Positions 1-11,041 of a DNA stretch of 64,000 nucleotides are shown here, piece by piece. A program made the position numbers and the translations under genes. Within the stretch, counting starts at the first letter, position 1. Every line of letters starts with the position of its first letter. The notes beneath the pieces were generated by a model. The model saw nothing but the letters and a program-made list of their open reading frames with translations, did no database searches and was not told the origin of the DNA. The DNA comes from Octopus bimaculoides (lineage: Eukaryota): NCBI RefSeq assembly GCF_001194135.2, contig NC_068997.1, positions 38,636,586 through 38,700,585 on the forward strand, given 5' to 3'.

Positions 1-1588
1 TGTAACACTGACTCCTCAACCTGTCCCGTCCTGGGCAATATATTATACCAAAAAAACAACCTTGACTAGTGAGATGTAGCCCCTCTCTGCTATGGTTTTG
101 ATGGTGCAATGATGCTTCTCCACAACCCCATTTCCACTTGGCTGGTATGCCGCCCTGAAGAAACGGCTAACATGCCACTTTTCGAGTGTTTCCCCCAGCA
201 CCTCCGAGTGAAACACTGTGCCATTGTCTACAAGCAGCTCATCCACGGGGCCTCATTCTAGGAATATCTCATTCAGTATTCTTGTGGTTTCCTCTGCGGT
301 CCCCATTTTCTTCACCCTCCATATGGCCAACCGCCCTGGTCCAGTCGACCATTGAGAGGTATGTCCCCTGTCAGTAGTGCGTCACATCCACTGCCAGTCG
401 TTTCCAGTTGTGTTCCACTGGAATGCTTCCTGCCCCATGCACACCCGGAGTGGGGTCAATGGACTGGCATCTGTCGCAGCTCCCAACTACTCCTTGCACA
501 CTCTGCCTGGTCACGCCTGAGTCAACTTTCCTGGCTAGGAACAGGGTCCTGTTCACCCTCATGTGGTGCGTGGTTTGCAATCTCCTCAGCTCCGAGTCAC
601 TCAGTTGACACACTGCAACCACTCCTTGATCTAGATCCTCTGGCACCTGCAACCAGGCTTTCTTTACTCTGGTCAGGACGTCCACTCTATTCCTCTCAGA
701 AGGCTCAAAAACCACACTCAGACTCCAGTTAAACTTGGCAGCTAGCTTGCCCAGAATTCCCAAACGGTGTTTTATCAGCATCTCTGTGCCCCCTTTGGTT
801 CACACCCTCCACTTGCCAGTGACCACTAACCCCCACCCATCTAAGTACAGTGGCCAAATCGGTCCAGATCTTGACGGTATGCAGCCTCCACCTCAGGGCT
901 AGGTTCAGCCCCTTCAACACGGCATCCAGCTCTGCCACATTGATGTGGTTGCAGTTGTCCTTCTTCCTTAGCCAGGCCACATCCTCCACCTTGACTCCTC
1001 CAATTTCCAGGACAAGTCCCATTGCTATGCTGCTGGCATCACACCACACGATCCCATTCTTCAGTTTGGGCACATACCAGTTTCCTCTTACTGGGTCCTC
1101 CACAGTCACTTTCTCCAAGACTTCTTGGATCATGGCGGTTGTCTATTCACCCACATTATCACTTTACCTCACTCCTTCAGCTTGCCTCTTGATGAAGCTA
1201 TTTGCCGTCCGGAGCCATCCTGCAATCGGGTAGTGTTCCAGCAGTTTCCTCCACACAGAAAACAGTTCTCACCTACTCATCTTGGAGTCCTGTTCTGGGA
1301 TCTCATTTCCTCTCCGAAACACCAACGTGCCAGCCTTGTCTCTCTGTAGCTTGAGTCCCAGTGCAGCTCCTCCTTCCTTTCCCTCTGATGGTTTGGCAGT
1401 TAGCCCAAAACTCTTCAGGTGGCTTATGACCTCCTTTGCCGACACTATGCTCTCATCCACCGGGATGTCATCAATATGGGAATTGGTGGCTCTTTTCACT
1501 TTGTCTGCCTTTCCCAGGAGGGTTTTGAGAATTGTCGCCATAATCTTCGGTGCTGAATTTAGCCGGAATCCCAAACTAGTCAGGCAGT
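1..1588 (-). mobile_element. Degraded LTR retrotransposon pol (RT - RNase H - integrase), truncated by the window start and an N-gap
   Basis: Minus-strand ORFs 1269-1574 (LGFRLNSAP...HIDD, RT), 729-1133 (WCDASS...HINVAELDAV, RNase H, same frame), 371-781 (HH...CDRC zinc finger and LAVD) and 43-246 (VDNG...35 aa...VE, D35E integrase). Contains stops and two frameshifts. Confidence 0.9.
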
Positions 1589-3346
1589 NNNNNNNNNNNN
1601 NNNNNNNNNNNNNNNNNNNNNNNNNNNNNNNNNNNNNNNNNNNNNNNNNNNNNNNNNNNNNNNNNNNNNNNNNNNNNNNNNNNNNNNNNNNNNNNNNNNN
1701 NNNNNNNNNNNNNNNNNNNNNNNNNNNNNNNNNNNNNNNNNNNNNNNNNNNNNNNNNNNNNNNNNNNNNNNNNNNNNNNNNNNNNNNNNNNNNNNNNNNN
1801 NNNNNNNNNNNNNNNNNNNNNNNNNNNNNNNNNNNNNNNNNNNNNNNNNNNNNNNNNNNNNNNNNNNNNNNNNNNNNNNNNNNNNNNNNNNNNNNNNNNN
1901 NNNNNNNNNNNNNNNNNNNNNNNNNNNGTGTGTGCGTGTGTATTAATATATGTACATATATGTGTTTGTGTATTTATATATATGTGTGTGTGTGTATTAT
2001 ATATATATATAATTATGTGTATTTCTTCTATCTTAATGAATAAAAATTCTTCTGATAGAATAAATGGGTTAATAGAAACCAATGTAGCAAAGAACACAAA
2101 ATAACTGTGGTTAGCTCCTGTTTTTAAGGCAGGAACTCCTTGAAATTTTGGGTATTTGAGTATATTTAAGAATTTAAGGATTGGAGAAAACGCATGTTAT
2201 AATTGCATACTTTATTCCTACATATGTTTCAAAGGATTACAACCTGTATGATCCATAGGGATCTTTGATATTAAAATTGTAACCTTGTATATATATATAT
2301 TTATGTGTGTGTGTGTATCAAAGAGTGTAGGATCAAAATGTCAAGGACTTTTCCATTGTTCCTGAGCTTCAAATTGATACACCTGTTTGGTTTTCTTTCA
2401 CTTGTCTTTGTCTTTTGCTTTTTGTAAATTCAAACTATATATATATATATATATATATATATCATCATCATCATCATCATCATCAATATATGTATATACT
2501 CACACATATATGTATATGTAAGTATATATATTCCTGTATATGTGTATATGCATGGATATGTGTGTATGAATATATGTAGATAGACGTGTGCACCTTTCCA
2601 ATGATTACAAGCAAGCAAAATTGTTCGGATAGCTCTGCACTTTTAAAGACATGTCAAGTAAGAGATCCCTTACTTGAAAAACAGGTAAGGGTTAGTGACT
2701 TGAAGGGCATCCAGTGGTAAAGCAATACCTCAATAATATATTTGCCTGACCTATGGTAGCATGGAAAAGTGGACATAGAAATGAACAAAAACTTATTAAA
2801 GAAACTACACAATTACTTCAGCATCCCACTGTTGTGTTTCTTTCTCTGTTGCCAAGCATGCTGGACTGGAACTTTTCTGTATCTTGTACAAAACACTGCT
2901 TTGTACTAAAGATAAAATTCAAACTAAATTCCTTGAGTTAAGGGAATGAGCTACATGCTGTTGTAACTTATTGAGCTTTGCTAATATCTCAACTGCCTTG
3001 AAATGTGCATCTGGAAATTCGCAGTTCTCAGGTAGTATAACATGGAATTAAAAGTATGCATTATAAAATTCTGTTAACTTGTTTACCAGATATGTTTCTA
3101 TCTCAATGTCCTTCTGAATACAAATATGTGAAGTCATTGCAGATTGTGACTTGTGGGAAATGTGAGAATATTGAATTATGAGCCAAATCCTAAAATTATT
3201 AAACTTCTCTGTCAACTGAAACATCGTCAAACTTTGTGAATTGTTTCAAATGTTGCTCTAGTCATTGTTATATATAAATAACTATACTTAACAACTCATT
3301 TTAACTATACTTGACTATACTTTCTTATAGTTACGCTCAGTCATAT

Positions 3347-3762
3347 GAACATCATCATCATCATCGTCATCATTCATTAATGTCCATTTTTCAAGCTGGT
3401 ATGGGTTGGACAGTTTGACCAGAGCTAGCAAGCCAGAGAGCTTCACCAAGTTCCAGTCTGATCTGGCTTGGTCTCTATGGCTGGATGCCCTTCCTAATGG
3501 CTACCACTTTACAGTTTGTACTAGGTGCTTCTAATATGGCACTGGCACGAGTGCTTTTACATGGCATTGGCACGAGTGCTTTTCATGTGGCACTAGTACA
3601 GAACCCTTGTAGGCCAATCCTCTCCACCAGAGGGAGGGCAGCCTTAACACTTGTGCTGTGGAGGATGGGTCTTCTTGAGTACAGCAAGGCACTAGGTATC
3701 TTAGTCCTTTGTCATCTCATCTGAAAAGTTAAAAATTCTGAGGTCGTCCATTAGTACTTCAT
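3347..3762 (-). mobile_element. RTE-type LINE 3' end, 5'-truncated, (ATG)n tail
   Basis: (CAT)n followed by the family 3' UTR motif 'gctggatgcccttcctaa', shared with the RT-bearing copy at 61965-62626. Confidence 0.8.
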
Positions 3763-6700
3763 CCCATATATTTTAAAATATATGCATGTACAATTTATAG
3801 CTAAATGTCAAAGTGGAAAAAACTATCCAATTGATGGGACAAAAAAAAAATTCAATTTTTAAGAAATGTAACATCTCTTACAAGGTTACACTAATTTGTA
3901 TGTGTGTCTGTCTATGTGCTTGCTACACGTTAAAGACAACACAAGAGAATGCTTGAAAGTTTTTGCAATTTATATATTCTTCCACTGTTTTCAACTAATG
4001 GAATGTAGCCATGCTAGAATATAGCCATGCATTTTTTTTTTTACAGTTTATAATTAACTCCAAGTTTATATATATGTAATTTGATCCCTCAATTTCAAAG
4101 CCAGCCTCTTCTGTAACTCCCTGCAGGGAATTTGCCACTTGTATTATATTACACATTCTATAAGAATTTTTTTGTGCCTGTTTTGATGAATAATTTTATT
4201 AACTGTTATAATATTGATTCATTATGTTACAAATTTTGACTATGTGTTTGCTTCCATTCTATAGTTAGCCCATAAAGTGCTGGGATTTGCACTTATATAA
4301 CCTGGACTGCTGAGCACATTTTATGAAAATGAGACAGACTACCATGCACACATAAAAAACAAAGAATAGTTAAAATATCTTCTTAGTATATAATGGTGGC
4401 AAGTTTTGCATCATTTGAAAAGTCGTTAGTTGAACTATTAGTCCTCCTGCATTCTGGGGGTATCGGAGCGTTTGAGTAACATTAGACCCCAACAAACGCC
4501 CATAAATTAAATGCATCTATCTGGGCCACGATCGTGGCCTGTTGACCTGTGCCTGGTGGCCATGATTGTGGCCCAGCACTCTTTATATGTTAATGGTTGT
4601 TTGAGAATAATGCTTAAGAACATAGCTATGTTCTATACTGATATAGCCGCCACTATTAACTACAATTTAACCTAGTACATGCTCTGAGATAAAATTTGTT
4701 ACATTGATTTTTGCTTCTTGGCCTAAAATTACTTTGTCAAATTGTTAAATTTATATTATGATCAAGAAAACATATTGCAACTGCTATTTGAGTAAACCAG
4801 TTATTATTTTAAGTATTTTGTTAACATGAAAAGCAGTATATATTTGATTATGAGAGTAAATATATTGGCATATAAATTTGTTAAAGGATTTATGAAATTG
4901 TGAATGTTTATATACATTTATAATTGATTTTATTTTGACATACTAAGATGTAGAAGTTTTCAGTTACTCTTGTGTTAGAAACTTTAAAGAAGTTTGCAAA
5001 CTGAGCCAGTTGAAAAGGAATTATGGATAATGGTTGAAGGGTTTAAATAGTACTGGCTCTTTTAACTAATCATGTGATCTGTGATACCATGTGCCATTTA
5101 AGTATTACTAACATCTACTCTAAAGTTCATGAGGTATTTTGATTTAGGAATGGAGTAGAGTGATATGAAATTTCTCTACAAGACAAAGGTTGTATTGCTT
5201 TGACACATTCCTAAATGTTTTGCCTTGGATAGTTCATATAATGTTTGTGGTTATTCTTTTATCTTTTGATTTCCAAATGTATTTGGAGACAATGTAATAT
5301 TTTCCAAGTGCTGGTGCAGATTTTTGAATAGATGTTTTGGGAATGTTGGTCAAGTTATCTGTGGAGATAAATACTGACTTTGTAGAATTTTCCACTCCCC
5401 TATTCCTTAACTAAGACATCTCTATATGTAGTACTTCCACTGGAATTGCTATCATTTTACAATCAATTTTCTTCCAACTCTTCATTACACTCAACCAACA
5501 AAACTTTCATAATTCCCCTCCCAGCATTTTCAGTCTTTCTGGCATTCATAGATTATTGTCTCATGTAATTCCTTGGATCACTCCACCAACATGACAGCCA
5601 ATCCCCTGCCTCCTTTTTTTGGTTTTCCATAACTTAGTCAGTGGAGGAAAGAGAACACTCAGTAACCATTTTGGGACCTCTGAGACTAGTGGGAAGAAGG
5701 GATGAAGTTATCTTCTGATTGGAAACCCTGCCTAAATCCCTGCAATGGAGTAGAATTTACAAATAGCATCAAAAGGTAAGGTGGTAGTGTTAAACCAAAC
5801 AACAGACTTACTACCCAAGGACATGAACTGTCCTTAAGGTAGGCTTCCATATAATTTGTCAACCAAATTTCACTCACAAGGTTTTGGCCCTACACAGGAT
5901 ACCATATGGTGAGAGTGAACTTGAAGCCCCATAGTTGTGTAACAGACTTCTTAACCACTCACCCAGTCTCTTCCACCACCCTCAGAAAGTAAACTCCACA
6001 AGACCTGATTGAAATAGCTAAATCTCCCAGTACTCATCATAGGTTTCTTCAGTCAGCCCCACAAGGCAAACAATAATAGTAGTTCCCAGAGTTATCTCAG
6101 AACCTTGAGATAAATCATCAATATCCCCTCACATCAGGAATTTATCCTAACCTTTGGAAAGAGGCTTCAGTGTATCCAGTCTTCCAAAAGAATAACCTCT
6201 ATGATCTTGCCAACTGCTAACCTATCATTCTCATTTCTAATATGTCAAAAGATGTTGGAAATTATTGTAAGCAATCACTGTATTTCTGTTTTCCACTTCA
6301 GTATGGTTTCCATTGGGCCAAATCTACCAAAGGCTTCAGTGTTACTCCATCAAAAGCAAGTTGTTATTATTGGTATTTATCTCTAACCAGGTCAGCCCTA
6401 ATCAAGTAGACGTGTATGAAGTATACTAACTATTGCCATCCCTTTTTTATCAGATGTAGTGTAACTAAGACTACATCATGAAATGCATCCTTCATCTTTT
6501 AAAAACAGAGATGATTTGAAGGAAATTTGGCTACTATTTGTAGAGGGTCAATCGATCGCATAGAGGCTCTCCCATTGGCTCATTGCTATTGACATTATCA
6601 AAGCCTTTATGCAGCTACAATGGCATAAATGTGATTGTTATATGTGAGATGTAGAGAAGTAAATGACACTATAGTCATTGAACTATTGTTAATCAATATC

Positions 6701-7081
6701 TTCAAAAGTTATGCATGTTTTGAGAGCCTATTGAAGATATGTTTAACAGAAAAGAAAGAATGAAAAAATCTAACATAGATCCACTCATACTTTTGATGTA
6801 GTTTTCTTCAAACTTACTTGATGTTATTCTAGTGAAGAATTGCTTCGTGTGACAGTAGCAGGTTCACAGCCTCACCATTACCATTGTTTTTAGTCACCTT
6901 TAACATTACTGTCTTCTCATTAATTAAATCCAAAGATCATCTTTGCAATGTCAGTGCTCATCTAAATAGACAATTTTCTAATTGCAATGTTCAGAATCTA
7001 GTTTTATGTGAACTTAATGAACTATGAGAGAAGTGAAGACTTAATTGAGTCAAAGTTTAAACTTTAATAATTGTTTTGGGA

Positions 7082-7297
7082 AAGGCAGTGAGCTGGCAGA
7101 CTTGTTAGTATACCAGGCAAGATGCTTAGTGGCATTTCGTCCATTTTTATGTTGTGAATTCAAATGCTGCCGAGGCCAACTTTGCCTTTCATCCATTCAG
7201 GGTCAATAAAATAAGTACCAGTTGACCACTGGGATCAATGTAAACGACTTAGCCCCTTCCCCAAAATTGCTGGCTTTGTGCTAAAATTTGAAACCAG
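7082..7297 (+). mobile_element. tRNA-derived SINE family A
   Basis: Head 'gagctggcaga...gttagc', body 'gcctttcatcc...aataagtaccagtt'; 14-bp TSD taattgttttggga at 7068-7081 and 7298-7311. Confidence 0.85.
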
Positions 7298-7627
7298 TAA
7301 TTGTTTTGGGAGATAGAAATATTCAAAGATACTTGAAATAGAGGGTGATATTTGTTTCTTGGGTTAGAATTGGACCTTAGTACAACCAAATAAAAAAGCC
7401 TTTCACTGGTTACTCTATTTGTTAAATGTCACAGTTGGCATACTGAAAGGACAAATTCAGTCATTTTAATACAGTTATCAGTTGTGAAGCACAACTGTCT
7501 GTTAAAGCTCCTATTACACAAATCTAAAGATTGCAGAAAGCATGAGAAGCATTGAAGAGGTCACAGGATGCGGGATGAAAGATTTCAGACAAAGAACACT
7601 AAAATAATAATAATAATAATAATAATA

Positions 7628-8366
7628 AATGTGGTCTATAGTATAAGATGTATAGAGGGACGATGCAGTAACAAGACAACGACGTATGTAGGTGAAACAG
7701 CACGGAGCATAGGGGAGCGGGTAAATGAACATTGGAGGGAACTTAAGGAAAGGAAGAGCTCATCAGTTCTGTACCAGCACGCTGAGCAAGAACACGGAAG
7801 CTCACTCAACAACATAGAAATTAAAATCTTATCTACACATAGCACAGACGCAGCACTTAGACAAATTACAGAAGCTACACACATAATAGAAGATAAACCT
7901 AGCCTGAATAGGAAACTGGAATGGAACACTAACACACACCTCTAACAAACCACAACATATGACAATAAATTCCCCATAAACCAATAACAATATGAACAAA
8001 ATATAATACAATACATAGATAAACAAATGGAATTAAATAATACATACGTTAACAAAATTTAATTAAATACAAAAAAAAGTAGGTATAAACACATGAACAA
8101 ACAAATAAATAAATAAAAACAAAAATAAACGAACATGTATTAACAGAGGATATAGATAATACAGGCACTCCCCATACACACACATGCACTTACAAAACAT
8201 AGACACACATAGAGGGATGCGCATGCGCAAATGTAGACACATACAATAGGAATACAAAATGGCTGATAGTTAGCAAGGTGGGACACATAAGAAAGAAGAA
8301 AGCAAAGGACCACTGATGAGGTCACAGAAGTGTGACGAAAGAACTCTGGCCGAAATCAGATTAATG
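7628..8366 (+). mobile_element. 5'-truncated Penelope-like retroelement: C-terminal GIY-YIG endonuclease plus 3' region with hammerhead motif
   Basis: NVVYSIRC...C...YVGETARSIGERVNEH...H...H...EATHIIEDKPSLN (stop at 7945) is a PLE GIY-YIG signature; it begins immediately after (AAT)n at 7602-7628. Confidence 0.88.
8307..8352 (+). ncRNA. Minimal type I hammerhead ribozyme motif (PLE-associated)
   Basis: CTGATGA (8313-19) + G + stem II GTCACA-gaag-TGTGAC + GAAA (8337-40) + AG-aa-CT-C cleavage triplet ending 8346; stem I CCA/TGG. Confidence 0.72.
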
Positions 8367-8374
8367 TAATGTAA

Positions 8375-9572
8375 TCTATATATATAAAAATGAGAATGTG
8401 TNNNNNNNNNNNNNNNNNNNNNNNNNNNNNNNNNNNNNNNNNNNNNNNNNNNNNNNNNNNNNNNNNNNNNNNNNNNNNNNNNNNNNNNNNNNNNNNNNNN
8501 NNNNNNNNNNNNNNNNNNNNNNNNNNNNNNNNNNNNNNNNNNNNNNNNNNNNNNNNNNNNNNNNNNNNNNNNNNNNNNNNNNNNNNNNNNNNNNNNNNNN
8601 NNNNNNNNNNNNNNNNNNNNNNNNNNNNNNNNNNNNNNNNNNNNNNNNNNNNNNNNNNNNNNNNNNNNNNNNNNNNNNNNNNNNNNNNNNNNNNNNNNNN
8701 NNNNNNNNNNNNNNNNNNNNNNNNNNNNNNNNNNNNNNNNNNNNNNNNNNNNNNNNNNNNNNNNNNNNNNNNNNNNNNNNNNNNNNNNNNNNNNNNNNNN
8801 NNNNNNNNNNNNNNNNNNNNNNNNNNNNNNNNNNNNNNNNNNNNNNNNNNNNNNNNNNNNNNNNNNNNNNNNNNNNNNNNNNNNNNNNNNNNNNNNNNNN
8901 NNNNNNNNNNNNNNNNNNNNNNNNNNNNNNNNNNNNNNNNNNNNNNNNNNNNNNNNNNNNNNNNNNNNNNNNNNNNNNNNNNNNNNNNNNNNNNNNNNNN
9001 NNNNNNNNNNNNNNNNNNNNNNNNNNNNNNNNNNNNNNNNNNNNNNNNNNNNNNNNNNNNNNNNNNNNNNNNNNNNNNNNNNNNNNNNNNNNNNNNNNNN
9101 NNNNNNNNNNNNNNNNNNNNNNNNNNNNNNNNNNNNNNNNNNNNNNNNNNNNNNNNNNNNNNNNNNNNNNNNNNNNNNNNNNNNNNNNNNNNNNNNNNNN
9201 NNNNNNNNNNNNNNNNNNNNNNNNNNNNNNNNNNNNNNNNNNNNNNNNNNNNNNNNNNNNNNNNNNNNNNNNNNNNNNNNNNNNNNNNNNNNNNNNNNAC
9301 CTATTTGTATATGCTCCACAAGGGAAAACAAGGAACATAGTTTACAATGAGGTGTTATAATCACAACAGCAAGAAAGTATGTACATGATCACCTTCTTTT
9401 ACGAAACTTCATTGACTTTCATATATTTATATTGATATACATATATATATACGTGTGTTTGGGTGCGTGTGTGTATATACATCTCTATATATAAAGATGA
9501 TGCGTAGTCTAGACGGCGTTTTTAGATTTCATTATTCTCTTTAACCCGGGCAACGCCGGGTATTTCTGCTAG
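8375..9572 (+). mobile_element. Helitron (internally deleted or gap-interrupted)
   Basis: 5' A|TCTATATATATAAAA; RepHel-like C-terminus LFVYAPQGKTRNIVYNEVL* (9301-9360); 3' hairpin CCCGGGCAACGCCGGG (9545-9560) then CTAG|T (9569-9573). Removing it restores a (TGTAA)n run. Confidence 0.85.
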
Positions 9573-9877
9573 TGTAATATAAAGCTGAAGCAAATTAACG
9601 CCAAAATATTCAGTGCATGTGTTTTTATTGGCTAAACTGGTAATATGACCATCCCCAAGTACAACAACAATAATAATAAAGCTAAAGTGAAAAAGGAGTA
9701 TATAATGTGTGTGGATGATTGTCAAAAAACAAAAAAAGTCCACCATCCCCAAAGATAACATGAAAATCATTACTGTGCTTGAATTATTGTAATATGTAAT
9801 ATGTAAGATTTTAAAAAATACATAAAGAAAACATGAAAATTTGATTATGTTGGAATTTTATATATATATATATATAT

Positions 9878-10049
9878 CATCGGTACCATTTTCCTCTTTC
9901 TCCGTTCTTCCATTCTCTGAACTTTCCATCTTTCCGACGAAGGGCTACGCCCGAAACGTCATACACTCTCTCTTTCCTTTCCTGAGCGTCCAATAACACT
10001 ATCCATATCACGTCCTCACTTTGTTGTTTTTTTGTTTTTGTTTTTTTGA
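9878..10049 (+). mobile_element. Short PLE-derived element with a degenerate hammerhead motif, inserted in (AT)n
   Basis: CCGACGA-A-GGGC-tac-GCCC-GAAA-CGTC at 9934-9960; (AT)n on both sides; the right end runs into a 10-N gap. Confidence 0.65.
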
Positions 10050-10059
10050 NNNNNNNNNN

Positions 10060-10106
<47 letters not shown>

Positions 10107-10230
10107 CACACACACACACACATACATATTTATATAACATATATACACATACATACTGGTAAATGGTAAAGATCTGAAACTGGTGTTAATTTTCAGTTTT
10201 GTATTATTTGCATAGATCTGATGGGCCAAG

Positions 10231-10351
10231 ATGATGGAAGAAGTGTTTAGTGATCAGCAGGCAGAGATTCTGGAGAAGCTGGAATCTTCCGGACCCTCTG
10301 CCCAAATTGCTCACCAGCTTCAAGAAGCAGCTCAGACAGATGTAATTTCCT
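10231..10351 (+). CDS. PRRC1: PRRC1 coding exon 1 (MMEEVFSDQQ...VIS)
   Basis: Acceptor catag| at 10215, ATG at 10231 giving MMEE as in vertebrate PRRC1, donor GTGAGT at 10352, phase 1. Confidence 0.8.
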
Positions 10352-10548
10352 GTGAGTAATTATTATTATATATTCTGAATGCTTATATTTGAACTTTTGT
10401 TTAAACAAAGTCCTATTTTCTTTCTTAGAAAATGAAGTTATTTTGTTTGATGTGATAGTGTGTTAGACCAGCACAGTCAAGTGTTGAAATAAGTACATCA
10501 ACAGACAACAATTCTCAAGATCCTTTAATAATTTGGTTTTCCTTTCAG

Positions 10549-10661
10549 CTGCTGGTGGCAATGGTAATGGTAGTTCAGCTTCACCTGTGTTGTCTTCTCT
10601 TAGTTCGTCCCTCTCCAGTAGTTTTACAGATGGATCAACAATTTTCCCAACGACAACCGAT
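10549..10661 (+). CDS. PRRC1: PRRC1 coding exon 2 (Ser/Gly-rich)
   Basis: cctttcag| ... |GTAAGT; 113 nt, phase 1 to 0; open frame. Confidence 0.8.
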
Positions 10662-10717
10662 GTAAGTTATTATGTTTCAAAATTACTTCAGATTTTCAAC
10701 CTTTTACCTTCTATCCT

Positions 10718-10989
10718 TTACCTATTTCAGTCATTAGACTAAAGCCACACTGTGGCACTTCCTTGAAGAATTTTAGTCAAACTTATTTACCCCAATACTT
10801 AATATTTTTTTTGTAAAGCCTGTTACTTATTTTATTGGCCTCTTTTGCTAAACTGCTAAGTTATGGGGATATAAACACACCAACACCAGTTGTCAAGTGG
10901 TGATGGGGAACAAACATATACACAAAGACAGACACATGCACATACACACACACACGCACATACACATACACGCATATACACACACACAC

Positions 10990-11041
<52 letters not shown>

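Noticed and set aside
186-1349. Plus-strand ORFs 186-377, 352-732, 408-608, 850-1233 and 1125-1349
   Set aside because: Antisense shadows of the retroelement pol.
1282-2097. Long ORFs 1282-2043, 1576-2097, 8270-9364, 8376-9338, 8390-9340, 26717-27054, 54571-54879 and 61972-62552
   Set aside because: Their length comes from N-gaps read as X. Only the flanking TE-derived residues are informative.
5686-5877. Possible LINE RT remnant (QGFRQG resembling RGLRQG) and an 'AIDIIKAF' hint near 6590
   Set aside because: Too degraded to support without an alignment.
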